From assembly GCA_963714055.1 (NCBI GenBank), contig OY970227.1, forward strand, positions 20,829 to 84,828: DNA of 64,000 nucleotides, written 5' to 3'. Below, piece by piece: positions 10,200-22,399 of the stretch. The translations under genes were made by a program, and so were the position numbers. The stretch is from an uncultured Acidimicrobiia bacterium (GTDB lineage Bacteria > Actinomycetota > Acidimicrobiia > Spongiisociales > UBA5794). Numbering within the stretch: the first letter of the stretch is position 1; the number at the start of each line of letters is the position of its first letter. The notes beneath the pieces are model-generated. The model saw only the letters and a list, made by a program, of their open reading frames with translations. It did no database searches and had not been told where the DNA came from.

Positions 10200-11804
10200 T
10201 CAGACCTCCTTCACCGACGTGTAGCGGAGGGTTTCCTTGGCGAACCCGGGACGCTCGAAGTCGTCGGCCAGCATCCGGCGCGGTCGGGGGAGCCGGACCG
10301 GGCTGGTGACCTCGAGCGCCCTTCCGGCACCCTTGACCTGGCGCGGCAGATACTGCCCGGCCGGCTCGCCCACTGGGCGCATCCCCGGCGAGTCGTCCGC
10401 CCACTGCGCGGTCACCCGCCCCCGGAGGATGGTCATGACCGGCCAGCCGGTGAACTCGTGGCCCTCCATGATCGACCAGCCCGACCGGGTGTTGATGTGC
10501 TCCTTGCCCACCGTCACCTCACGACCGGCGTCGACGATGACCATGTCGGCGTCGAAACCGGGGAGCAGCGAGCCCTTCTGTCCCCACAGGCCCGACGTCC
10601 TCGCCGGGTTCTCGCACGAGATCTGGACGAGGCGCTCCAGGCCGATCCGACCCTTGGCGACCCCTTCGGAGAGGAGCACCGGCAGGAACAGCTCGACCCG
10701 GGAGAAGCCCGTGCGGCAGTCCCAGATGTTCGGGTTGTACATCTCCTCGTACGACGACGGCTCCCAGCCCACCACGTGGTCCGACCCGACGACGTCGACG
10801 ATCCCCTCGGCGATGGCCATCCACAGGGCCTCGATGTTCTCTCTCCGGCGGAGCGGGACATTGATCCGCCAGCCTCCCTCCGGCTCGGTGAACAGCCAGG
10901 CGGGACCGGTCTGGGCGTACAGCTCGAGACCCTCGGCCCGGGCCTTGAGGACCTCCTCGAAGCTGAGCTGCGTCGTGCAGTGCTGCAGGTACAGCGGGAC
11001 ATGCCCGGGGGTCTGCATGGCCAGATAGGCGTAGGCCCGGATGTGCTGGGCCTCGAGGAAGTCCGGGGATCGGTCGGTCCACGCCCCGAAATCGGTGCGG
11101 CCCGAGGCACGGAGGCGCTCCTCGAAGACACGGCCTATCTCCCAGTTCTCCGGGTGGATGTGGACGATCCCGGGATAGCCGAGATGGCCGACCTCCTCCA
11201 TCACCTGGTACACGGTGCCGTCGTCGATCCCGGTGCCCAGCCCGGCCCGGCGACTCGGCCAGTTGCTGTCCTGGTCGTCGGCCATCCCCTTCATGCCCCG
11301 GGTCTGCAGGTACAGCTTGAAGGAGGTGACCCCATGCTCCTCGGCGTACTGCGGGATCTCCCGGGCCTGCTGGTCGGTCTCCAGCATGTAGGTCAGGTAG
11401 GCGTCGGTGAAGGAGACGTCCTCGATCACCTTGCGGGCGGAGGGGAACGACTCGTTGAACGAGACGACGTCGGCCTTGCTCACCACCTCCTTGAACGGCT
11501 CGGTCCCCATGCGAGTCACCGGCGCCTGGATGCCCCAGGTGGTGACCCCGGCGCAGGCGGCGGCCTTGGACTCGGTGGTCATGTCGTACACGAACGGCAC
11601 GTAGCAGCCGGGGTGTGCCTCGGAGTCGACGATCCCGGGCAGCACGAAGTTGCCCTTGGCGTCGATGGTCTCCTTGGCGGCGGGCAGCATCTCCTCGGGG
11701 GCGAGGGCGACGACCTTGCCATCCTTGACACCGACGGCGACCCGGTACCGCCCGCCCCCGAGCACCACCGTCCCGTTGATGACCTTCAGGTCGAGATCGT
11801 CCAT
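10200..11804 (-). CDS. Cyclic amidohydrolase (hydantoinase/dihydropyrimidinase/dihydroorotase-like), atypical first metal motif
   Basis: 534-aa ORF with SD GGAGGG before ATG 11804. N-terminal beta-sandwich (KVINGTVVL...DGKVVAL), FKLYL (carbamylated-Lys position), VHIHPEN, GSDHV. The first motif reads DSEAH instead of DxHxH. Confidence 0.8.
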   Translation of the reverse strand: MDDLDLKVINGTVVLGGGRYRVAVGVKDGKVVALAPEEMLPAAKETIDAKGNFVLPGIVDSEAHPGCYVPFVYDMTTESKAAACAGVTTWGIQAPVTRMGTEPFKEVVSKADVVSFNESFPSARKVIEDVSFTDAYLTYMLETDQQAREIPQYAEEHGVTSFKLYLQTRGMKGMADDQDSNWPSRRAGLGTGIDDGTVYQVMEEVGHLGYPGIVHIHPENWEIGRVFEERLRASGRTDFGAWTDRSPDFLEAQHIRAYAYLAMQTPGHVPLYLQHCTTQLSFEEVLKARAEGLELYAQTGPAWLFTEPEGGWRINVPLRRRENIEALWMAIAEGIVDVVGSDHVVGWEPSSYEEMYNPNIWDCRTGFSRVELFLPVLLSEGVAKGRIGLERLVQISCENPARTSGLWGQKGSLLPGFDADMVIVDAGREVTVGKEHINTRSGWSIMEGHEFTGWPVMTILRGRVTAQWADDSPGMRPVGEPAGQYLPRQVKGAGRALEVTSPVRLPRPRRMLADDFERPGFAKETLRYTSVKEV

Positions 11805-11933
11805 GCCCTTGTCCCTCCGTCGAACCGGATCAGCCTCGTGTCTCTTGTTGCTGCCAGAGATTCGAGCTTAGCCAGCGGGTCAGGCGCCCGGCGTGCCCGG
11901 GCGCAGGCGACGCCGGCGGGCGGTGATGTTGGT

Positions 11934-12077
11934 CCTGCCGGGTCTCCAACTTTGAGCGATTGACTACACCAGATGGCGCCACTCGCTCAAAGTTCGGCGG
12001 TTCGCCCTGCCGGGTCTCCAACTTTGAGCGATTGACTACACCAGATGGCGCCACTCGCTCAAAGTTCGGCGGTTGGT
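11934..12077. repeat. 72-bp direct tandem duplication (2 units). Each unit carries a 47-nt palindromic element (copies at 11948..11994 and 12020..12066).
   Basis: Units 11934..12005 and 12006..12077 are identical over 69 of 72 nt. The element is AACTTTGAGCGA-N23-TCGCTCAAAGTT, with perfect 12-nt inverted arms. The unit start is partly repeated a third time at about 12082 (CCCGGTCTCC). Confidence 0.95.
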
Positions 12078-12250
12078 AACGCCCGGTCTCCGCAGTCCGG
12101 TCGAGGGTGCGCTCGACGAGGCCTCCGTCGTCGAGGATCACCACGGCGTGGATGTCGGCGCCTGCGAGGGGTGTCCTCGCGTGGACCGCGCCCACCGCAG
12201 TTCGGGTAGCCTCGCTCCGCTGATTTCCCCGCGCCCGGGAGGCGAGGCCG

Positions 12251-15034
<2,784 letters not shown>

Positions 15035-15054
15035 CACGAGAGGAGACAACAGCA

Positions 15055-15501
15055 GTGACCCACCACACCGAGGCAGAGGTCGGGCCCATCGACTACTTCG
15101 TGGTCGAGTGGCCGGCCGGGAAGCAGCCGACGGGGGAGGCCTTCCCGTTTCTGGTCGACCTGGTCGATCAAGGGCTCATCCGGTTGCTCGACCTCGCCTT
15201 CGTCCGCAAGGAGGAAGACGGGACCATCGTCGGCCTCGACCTGAACACGTTCGGCGGCGACGCCGAGTTGACCATGTTCGAAGGGGCCGCATCCGGGCTG
15301 ATCGGAGAGGAAGACGTTCAGGAAGCCGGCGGTGTCCTCGAGCCCGGATCCTCCGCCGCCATGCTGGTGTACGAGAACACGTGGGCGGCGCCCTTCGCCA
15401 CCGCGCTGCGCAAGAGCGGGGCGCAATTGGTCGCCAACGGGCGAATCCCGATCAATGCCATCATCGCCGCGTTGGACGAGCTCGAGGCGACCGAGGCCTG
15501 A
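15055..15501 (+). CDS. DUF6325-like conserved actinobacterial protein
   Basis: GTG 15055, 9 nt after GAGAGGAG. The protein VTHHTEAEVGPIDYFVVEWPAG...LIRLLDLAFVRKEEDGTIVGLD...SSAAMLVYENTWAAPFATALRKSGAQLVANGRIP matches the DUF6325 pattern as I recall it. The upstream part of ORF 13921..15501 is an off-frame reading of the ATPase. Confidence 0.6.
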   Translation: MTHHTEAEVGPIDYFVVEWPAGKQPTGEAFPFLVDLVDQGLIRLLDLAFVRKEEDGTIVGLDLNTFGGDAELTMFEGAASGLIGEEDVQEAGGVLEPGSSAAMLVYENTWAAPFATALRKSGAQLVANGRIPINAIIAALDELEATEA

Positions 15502-15530
15502 GCGGCCTCTTCGAGAGAAGGAGAAACGAG

Positions 15531-15818
15531 ATGGGATTGGTACGTGGAATAGCTCGCACCGCGGCTATCGCCGGGACGGCGACTGCCGTCTCCAACCGGG
15601 TGTCGCGCCGTCAGGCCAACCGGTGGTCCGAGCAGGCCGCCGCCGAGGAGCCGCAGCCGGAACAGGTCGTGTATGTGCAGGCGGAGCCGGCGGCGCCGGC
15701 GGGCCCGAGCACCGACGACAAGCTCGGGCAGCTCAAGCAGCTCGGTGAGCTCAAGGACGCCGGCGTGCTCACCGAGGCCGAGTTCGAGGCGCAGAAGGCG
15801 AAGATCCTCGCCGGCTGA
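15531..15818 (+). CDS. SHOCT-domain protein
   Basis: ATG 15531 after AAGGAGAAA. The C-terminal LGQLKQLGELKDAGVLTEAEFEAQKAKILAG is a SHOCT motif. The N-terminus is hydrophobic/Ala-rich. Confidence 0.7.
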   Translation: MGLVRGIARTAAIAGTATAVSNRVSRRQANRWSEQAAAEEPQPEQVVYVQAEPAAPAGPSTDDKLGQLKQLGELKDAGVLTEAEFEAQKAKILAG

Positions 15819-15861
15819 GTAATCCCCTCGGCGCCGGTCTTCGCCCCCGGGCGATCGCCCG

Positions 15862-17205
15862 TCACTCGGGTGGGGTGCTCTCGTCGTGCCCTTCAGGGGG
15901 CGCCGGATGGGAGGTGCGCCACCGCCGCCGCAGCCAGCGACCCCTGTCGGCTATGGAGTCGGACAGCTCACCGACGATCCTGCCGCTGGCGACCGCCCAG
16001 GCGAGGAGCTGGGTCCCGCAGAGGATGCCGAGCGCCACCCCGAAGATCGATCCGACCGTGGCGACGAGGTCTTCGCCACCGCTGCCCCGGGCGAGCTCGG
16101 TGAGGCCGATGAGGCCGAGGGCTCCAGGGACGAGGAGCCAGAACCCGGGCAGGGACAAGGCATGGGTGGGGAGGGCGGCGGGCACAAGTCGCGCCGTGAC
16201 GAAGGCGGCCACGGTCATGACGGCGGCACCGACGAACGCGCTCACATAACCCCCGAAGGCTGCGTTGCCGAGCACCTGACCGACCCACGCCGCGTAGAGC
16301 ACGACGAGGAAACCGACGGAGGAACCGCGCGGCGCCGAGTAGGCGACGACCACGCCGACGGCGAAGACGAGCACACCCAACCATGGTGACCACGCTCCGA
16401 GCAGATCGGGCGAGCGGGACAGCACACGCGACGGCGGGACACCGACCGCTTCGATCCCGGCGAGGATTCCGAAGGCGAGCAACGCCAGCTGCACGCCGCC
16501 CGAAACCAGCCGGCTCGCCCCGGAGACCATCTGACCCGCCGCCAGCTCGAGCACCGAGGTGGTGAGGGCGGCACCGGGGAGGAAGATCACCAACGAAGCC
16601 ACCATGGCGGCGAGCCCGGGGTCGGTGATGTCGTGCCTCACCGCCAGCGCGCTCAGCGCCGACACCGAGAAGGCGGCGATGACCGGCGCCAGGATCTGGA
16701 GGGTGGGTTGCCCCCTGGTGAAGTAGCGCAGCGTCCCCACCAGCACGCCGAACACCGCCGCCGCCACCACCTCGCGCGGCGCCGGATGGAGGATCAGGCA
16801 CACCCCGACCGTGAGCACGGCGTACCCGAGGATGCTCTGTGGCCACCCGAATCGAGCGGGCAGCCGGCGGATCTCGGCGAGCCGGCGGAGTCCTTCAGCG
16901 GGCTGCACTCGCCCTCGCATCGCCTCGAGGACGAGGGTGTCGAGGGCGGCGATCTGATCCAGCCGGGGCGCCCCGCCCAGCACCGCCGTCATCTCGAGCA
17001 TCGCCGGCTCGCCGGTGCCCATCGTCACCATCAGGTACGTCGGGAAGGCGCTCACCGTGACCGAGTCTGCCCCGAGCGCCCGGGCCACCTCGGTGAGTCG
17101 CTCCTGGACCGAGTGGACCGGCTCGCCGGCCGCGTTCATGGCGGCCCCGAGTTGCACGACGAAGGTCTGCAGGTCGTGGAGCTCGTCGTCTTCGCGTGGA
17201 GTCAT
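15862..17205 (-). CDS. Threonine/serine exporter (ThrE) family membrane protein
   Basis: 447-aa ORF with a soluble N-terminal region (DUF1212-like: VQERLTEVARALGADSVTVSAFPTYLMVTMG) followed by about 10 TM helices. Confidence 0.8.
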   Translation of the reverse strand: MTPREDDELHDLQTFVVQLGAAMNAAGEPVHSVQERLTEVARALGADSVTVSAFPTYLMVTMGTGEPAMLEMTAVLGGAPRLDQIAALDTLVLEAMRGRVQPAEGLRRLAEIRRLPARFGWPQSILGYAVLTVGVCLILHPAPREVVAAAVFGVLVGTLRYFTRGQPTLQILAPVIAAFSVSALSALAVRHDITDPGLAAMVASLVIFLPGAALTTSVLELAAGQMVSGASRLVSGGVQLALLAFGILAGIEAVGVPPSRVLSRSPDLLGAWSPWLGVLVFAVGVVVAYSAPRGSSVGFLVVLYAAWVGQVLGNAAFGGYVSAFVGAAVMTVAAFVTARLVPAALPTHALSLPGFWLLVPGALGLIGLTELARGSGGEDLVATVGSIFGVALGILCGTQLLAWAVASGRIVGELSDSIADRGRWLRRRWRTSHPAPPEGHDESTPPE

Positions 17206-17436
17206 GTCCCACCGACCGTATGGCGGCGCGCCCGTCGCCGGCGCCTCACGGTCCCGAAGTTAGGACACGGTGAAGGCTGCTGCCCGTCGAATCACCACCC
17301 GCACGGCCCGGGCCGGGCAGTCGGCGCCACTGCGGGAATCGCCCTTCGGCGGTCGTCCCCGGGGACTGCCTAGAGTTGGAGGAAGTCGGGCCGGTCGTAG
17401 TCCAGATGGCGGTTGCCCCCGCCGGGAGGGATGCAG

Positions 17437-18438
17437 ATGGCGTTCAATCTGAGGAACCGGAGCTTCGTGAAGGAGCTCGACTTCACGCCCGAGGAGCTTC
17501 GCTTCCTGCTGAAGCTCTCCAAGGACCTGAAGGCGGCCAAGTACGGCGGCTACGAGCAGAAGCGCCTCGTCGGCAAGAACATCGCCCTGATCTTCGAGAA
17601 GACGTCGACCCGGACCAGGACTGCCTTCGAGGTGGCGGCATACGACCAGGGTGCGCAGGTCACCTACCTCGAGCCCTCGGGATCGCAGATCGGGCACAAG
17701 GAGTCGATGAAGGACACCGCTCGGGTGCTGGGCCGCACCTACGACGGGATCGAGTACCGCGGCTTCGGCCAGGAAACGGTCGAGACCCTGGCCGAGTACG
17801 CCGGCGTCCCGGTGTGGAACGGCCTCACCACCGAGTTCCACCCGACCCAGATCCTCGCCGACGTGCTCACCATGACCGAGCACTCCGACAAGCACCTGTC
17901 CGAGATCGCCTACTGCTACCTCGGCGACGCCCGGAACAACATGGGGAACTCGCTGATGGTTGGCGGGTGCAAGTTCGGCATGGACGTCCGCCTCTGCGCC
18001 CCCGAGCACCTGTGGCCCGAGGAGGACCTGATCAAGACCTGCCGGGGCATCGCCGAGGAGACCGGCGCCCGGCTCACCCTCACCGAGGACGTCGACGAAG
18101 GGGTCGACGGTGTCGACTACCTCTACACCGACGTCTGGGTGTCGATGGGGGAGGACCCCGGCGTGTGGGAGGAGCGCATCGAGCTCCTCAAGCCGTACCA
18201 GGTGAACGCCGACGTCGTCGCCCGGACGGGAAACCCCAGGGTCAGGTTCATGCACTGCCTGCCTGCCTTCCACAACCGGCAGACCAAGGTCGGCGAGGAC
18301 ATCTTCGAGCGGTTCGGCCTCGACGGGATGGAGGTGACCGACGACGTCTTCGAGTCGGAGCATTCGATCGTCTTCGACCAGGCCGAGAACCGGCTGCACA
18401 CCATCAAGGCCGTGATGGTGGCGACGCTCGGGGACTGA
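17437..18438 (+). CDS. arcB: Ornithine carbamoyltransferase (catabolic-type, ADI pathway)
   Basis: [21 protein letters not shown]... with STRTR, HPTQ and HCLP motifs. ATG 17437 is 7 nt after GGGAGGG; ATG 17431 is an alternative start. Confidence 0.95.
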   Translation: MAFNLRNRSFVKELDFTPEELRFLLKLSKDLKAAKYGGYEQKRLVGKNIALIFEKTSTRTRTAFEVAAYDQGAQVTYLEPSGSQIGHKESMKDTARVLGRTYDGIEYRGFGQETVETLAEYAGVPVWNGLTTEFHPTQILADVLTMTEHSDKHLSEIAYCYLGDARNNMGNSLMVGGCKFGMDVRLCAPEHLWPEEDLIKTCRGIAEETGARLTLTEDVDEGVDGVDYLYTDVWVSMGEDPGVWEERIELLKPYQVNADVVARTGNPRVRFMHCLPAFHNRQTKVGEDIFERFGLDGMEVTDDVFESEHSIVFDQAENRLHTIKAVMVATLGD

Positions 18439-18448
18439 GGGGCCGGCA

Positions 18449-19363
18449 ATGAGAGTCGTGGTGGCGCTCGGAGGGAACGCCCTGCTCAAGCGGGGCGAGC
18501 CGCTCACTGCCGATGTGCAACGGGCCAACGTGCGTGCCGCCGCCCCTGCCCTGGCGGCGATCGCCCGTGAGCACCAGCTGGTCCTCTCCCATGGCAACGG
18601 CCCCCAGGTCGGTCTGCTCGCCCTCCAGGCGGCGGCTTACCAGGAAGTCGAGCCGTACCCGTTGGACGTCCTCGGCGCTCAGACCCAGGGCATGATCGGT
18701 TACGTCCTCGAGCAGGAGTTGGGGAACCTCCTGCCGTTCGAGGTGCCCTTCGCCACCCTCCTCACCATGATCGAGGTCGATCCGGCCGATCCCGCCTTCG
18801 ATGACCCGACGAAGTTCGTCGGTCCCGTCTACGACCGCGCAGGCGCCGATGCGCTGGCCGCCGACAAGGGCTGGGTCTTCAAGCAGGACGGGGACCGATG
18901 GCGGCGGGTCGTGCCGTCGCCGGAACCCCGGCGCATCTTCGAGATCAGGCCGATCCGCTGGCTGTTGGACCAGGACGTCCTCGTGATCTGCGCCGGCGGC
19001 GGGGGTGTCCCCACCATGTACGACCCGACCGCGGACCGGTTGCTGGTCGGCGTCGAGGCGGTCATCGACAAGGACCTCGCCAGCGAGCTGCTGGCGAGGG
19101 AAGTTTCCGCAGACCTCTTCGTGATGGTGACCGATGTCGACGGGGTGTACTCGGGCTGGGGGACGCCCGAGCAACAGAAGCTGGAGCGGATCACCCCGGC
19201 CGAGCTCGACGGGCACGACTTCGCGGCCGGTTCGATGGGCCCGAAGGTCAAGGCGGCGATCCGATTCGTCGAGAACACCGGCAAGCGTGCCGCCATCGGC
19301 GGACTGGAGGAGATCGAGGGGATCGTGGCCGGCGCCGCGGGCACCCAGGTGGTGCCCGGGTGA
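18449..19363 (+). CDS. arcC: Carbamate kinase
   Basis: 304-aa [20 protein letters not shown]...SHGNGPQVG..., with typical carbamate kinase motifs. Confidence 0.95.
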   Translation: MRVVVALGGNALLKRGEPLTADVQRANVRAAAPALAAIAREHQLVLSHGNGPQVGLLALQAAAYQEVEPYPLDVLGAQTQGMIGYVLEQELGNLLPFEVPFATLLTMIEVDPADPAFDDPTKFVGPVYDRAGADALAADKGWVFKQDGDRWRRVVPSPEPRRIFEIRPIRWLLDQDVLVICAGGGGVPTMYDPTADRLLVGVEAVIDKDLASELLAREVSADLFVMVTDVDGVYSGWGTPEQQKLERITPAELDGHDFAAGSMGPKVKAAIRFVENTGKRAAIGGLEEIEGIVAGAAGTQVVPG

Positions 19364-19385
19364 GTCACTCGGAAAGGAGCTGACG

Positions 19386-20645
19386 ATGGAGTTCGGGGTC
19401 CACTCGGAGGTCGGCAAGCTGCGCAAGGTGATGGTCCACAGGCCCGAGCTGAGCCTGCAGCGGCTGACCCCGTCGAACCACGACGACCTGTTGTTCGACG
19501 ACGTGCTCTGGGTGGAACGGGCGCAGTACGAGCACGACCAGTTCGTGGAGAAGATGCGGCAGCACGGAGTGGAGGTCTTCTACCTCCGCGATCTCCTGGG
19601 GGAGGCACTTGCCGCCAGTGACGAGGGGAAGGGACGGCTCATCGAGCTGGTGGTCTCCGAGTACACCGTGGGCGTCTCGCTGGTGGACGACGTCCGGGCG
19701 CGGCTGTGGGGCATGGCCCCCGACGAGCTCGCCAGGCATCTCATCGGCGGCTTGACGGTGGCCGAGTCGGGGCTCGACCTCGGCAAGCTGGGATCGTCAT
19801 CGCTGGGCGCCGCCGCCCTCGACGACCTCAGCGCCTTCGTCCTGCCGCCGCTACCCAACACACTGTTCACCCGTGACTCGTCGTGCTGGATCTACGGAGG
19901 GGTGTCGGTCAACCCCATGTACTGGCCGGCACGACGACTCGAGGCCTACAACGTCGCCGCCATCTACCGCTACCACCCCATGTTCGCCGAAGCTCAGTTC
20001 GACTACTGGTACCCGCCGCTGGGCGACGACGGCAGGTTCCAGGCGGCGGACTTCGGGCGCTCCTCGCTCGAGGGCGGCGACGTGCAGCCGATCGGCAACG
20101 GGACGGTGCTCATCGGGCTGAGCGAGCGGACCCAGGCGCGGATGATCGAGCAGATCGCCCGGGCCCTGTTCGCCAGGGGCGCCGCCGAGCGGGTGATCGC
20201 CGCGGTGATGACCAAGGATCGGGCGCACATGCACCTCGACACGGTGTTCACCCTGCTCGACCGGGACAAGGTGACCGCGTACCCGAAGGTGATCGACCAG
20301 GTGCGGGCGATCAGCCTGCGCCCCGGTCCCTCCGAGGGGCAATTCCACGTCACCGAGGAGAAGGGATTCCTCCCCGCGGTCGCCGACGCCCTGGGCGTTG
20401 CCGACCTCCAGGTGGTGGAGACCGGGGGCGACGCCTACCAACAGGAACGCGAGCAATGGGACGACGGCAACAACGTCGTGGCCCTCGAGCCGGGCGTGGT
20501 GGTCGCCTACGAGCGGAACACCCACACCATCGCCGCCATGCGCCGCGCCGGGGTCGAGGTGGTGACCATCGAGGGCTTCGAGCTGGGCAAGGGTCGGGGC
20601 GGGGGGCACTGCATGACCTGTCCGCTGCTCCGGGACCCGCTGTGA
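19386..20645 (+). CDS. arcA: Arginine deiminase
   Basis: ATG 19386 after [38 protein letters not shown]... with the C-terminal catalytic Cys in [13 protein letters not shown]. Confidence 0.95.
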   Translation: MEFGVHSEVGKLRKVMVHRPELSLQRLTPSNHDDLLFDDVLWVERAQYEHDQFVEKMRQHGVEVFYLRDLLGEALAASDEGKGRLIELVVSEYTVGVSLVDDVRARLWGMAPDELARHLIGGLTVAESGLDLGKLGSSSLGAAALDDLSAFVLPPLPNTLFTRDSSCWIYGGVSVNPMYWPARRLEAYNVAAIYRYHPMFAEAQFDYWYPPLGDDGRFQAADFGRSSLEGGDVQPIGNGTVLIGLSERTQARMIEQIARALFARGAAERVIAAVMTKDRAHMHLDTVFTLLDRDKVTAYPKVIDQVRAISLRPGPSEGQFHVTEEKGFLPAVADALGVADLQVVETGGDAYQQEREQWDDGNNVVALEPGVVVAYERNTHTIAAMRRAGVEVVTIEGFELGKGRGGGHCMTCPLLRDPL

Positions 20646-20652
20646 GGAGGTC

Positions 20653-20802
20653 GTGGTGAGCGATACGGCACGGTGGGTGATCGCCGTCGTGGTGCTGCTG
20701 CTTGTCGTCGGGATCATCGCGTACGCCAGGGGCGACGAGCACTACCGCGGAGACGAGGTCGGGGCGCTCGGCGCCCGCGGGAACGTGACAACAGTCATCT
20801 GA
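20653..20802 (+). CDS. Possible 49-aa single-pass membrane protein
   Basis: GTG 20653 follows GAGGAGG by 2 nt, which is unusually close; the in-frame GTG 20656 is 5 nt away. One hydrophobic helix (WVIAVVVLLLVVGIIAY) and strong GC3 bias. It falls below the 60-aa cutoff of the ORF track. No homology recognised. Confidence 0.35.
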   Translation: MVSDTARWVIAVVVLLLVVGIIAYARGDEHYRGDEVGALGARGNVTTVI

Positions 20803-20820
20803 AACCGAGGCGATCCGGTC

Positions 20821-22399
20821 ATGACTCCGAGATCGGGGGAGACTCGCCGGGGGAGCGGGAGACCCAACCGATCCCCCGTCGCGTGGCCCTCGATCACCGA
20901 CGCTGCTCGACGCCCTCCTCCCCATCGTCGTCCTCATCGGGCTGATCGCCCTGACCATCGCCCTCTTCGGCGTCAGCGCCACCGACGGGCCCTTGCAGGT
21001 GGCACTGCTGCTCAGCGCCGCCTTCGCCAGCCTCATCGCCTTCAAGAACGGATACAAGGTGGAGGAGGTGGCGGACGCCATCGTCGAGGGCGTCTCGTCG
21101 GCGATGAGCGCCATCTTCATCCTGCTCGCCGTCGGTGCCCTGATCGGCACCTGGAACATGGCGGGGACCATCCCGACCGTGGTCACGTACGGGATCCAGT
21201 TCATGAGCCCGAACTGGTTCTATCTCGGCACCGCGGTGATCTGCGCCCTCGTCGGCATGGTCACCGGGAGCTCGTGGACCACCGCCGGGACCCTCGGGGT
21301 CGCCTTCGTGGCGATGGCGGGAGTCATGGGCCTGTCCGCACCGATCGCGGCAGGGGCGGTGATCAGCGGGGCCTACTTCGGCGACAAGATGACCCCGTTG
21401 TCGGAGACCACCATCCTGGTTCCCAAGCTGGTGGGGGGCGGTCTCACGGTGGCGGAGCACGTGCGCAACATGTTCTGGACCGCCGGGCCCGCCTTGGGGA
21501 TCAGCCTCGTCATCTTCCTCGTGCTGGGTCTCGCCTCCGACCCGGAGGGCGAGGTGAGCACGGACGCCGCGGTCGAGGCGCTGGAGCAGGCGTTCAACAT
21601 CTCCGCCGTCACCCTCCTGCCGTTGCTCCTCCTGGTCCTGTTCTCCGTCCGGAAGGCCCCGCCGTTCCTGGCGATCATGGGGTCGGCGCTCTTCGCCGGG
21701 ATCCTCGCCTGCTTCATCCAGTGGGACTCCGTCGAGGCCTTCGTCGGCGACCCGAGCCTCGGGCCGGTGGCGACCGGCATCGAGGCCATCTACGCGGCGA
21801 TGGCCACCGGCTATGTCAGCACCACCGGTGTCGCCGCCGTCGACGACCTGTTCTCGCGCGGGGGGATGGCCAGCCTGCTCACCACCGTGTGGCTGGTCCT
21901 GGCCGCCCTGGGGTTCGCCGCCGTCATGGAGCGCGCCGGATTCCTCCAGCGGCTGCTGGCCCCGATCGTCAGCAGGGCGAGGTCGAGAGGGCGCCTGATC
22001 CTCGCCGTCAACGCCAGCGGGATCGGCCTCAACGTCATCGCCGGAGACCAGTACGTCGCCGATGTCCTGCCGGCCCGAATGTTCCGGGAGGAGTTCGAGG
22101 AACGCCGGCTGGCGCCCCAGGTCCTGTCGAGGGCGGTGGAGGACTCGGGGACGGTGACCTCGGTCCTCGTCCCGTGGAACACCTGTGGCGCCTACATCGC
22201 AGGCGTGCTGGGGGTGCCCACCGCCTCGTACCTCCCCTTCTGCTTCTTCAACATCCTGAGCCCGATCCTCGACGTCACCTACGGCTTCATCGGTTTCAAG
22301 GTGCCGACGCTCCCGCCCCGGGAAGGCGATCCCGATGGCGCCGGCGCCCGACCCGAGACGACGATCGACAGCCCAATCGGAGGTACCGATGACGAATGA
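20821..22399 (+). pseudogene. nhaC: NhaC-family Na+/H+ antiporter-type transporter, apparent N-terminal frameshift as assembled
   Basis: The ORF 20993..22399 (TTG) is clearly NhaC-like. The same frame stays open and TM1-like (PTLLDALLPIVVLIGLIALTIALFGVSATDGP) back to 20825 but has no start codon. ATG 20821 lies in the neighbouring frame. Removing one nt near 20885-20902 would fuse them. Confidence 0.75.

Noticed and set aside
9564-11963. 799-aa plus-strand ORF
   Set aside because: It is antisense to the isochorismatase-like and hydantoinase-like genes. Its composition (runs of G, R, P, D, V) has no domain signature, so it is a shadow ORF.
11934-12077. The 72-bp repeats (and the 18-bp repeats at 24168..24293) as a possible CRISPR array
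   Set aside because: The units are directly abutting, with no unique spacers. The 18-bp array is in-frame coding sequence. No cas genes are in the window.
11830-12200. Minus-strand reading frame that runs through both palindromic repeats (…GADIHAVVILDDGGLVERTLD…PPNFERVAPSGVVNRSKLETRQ x2…) and stops 26 nt before the hydantoinase-like gene
   Set aside because: A short stretch (about 12100-12170) has coding-like GC3 and might be a gene relic. The remainder has no start with an SD, translates a DNA palindrome twice, and ends in low-probability sequence. I do not consider it a gene.
15849-15860. Perfect 12-nt palindrome GGGCGATCGCCC between the convergent SHOCT and thrE-like genes, as a terminator
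   Set aside because: It has no loop, so it cannot form a stable hairpin on its own, and there is no extended flanking complementarity. It is probably a chance GC palindrome or restriction-type site.
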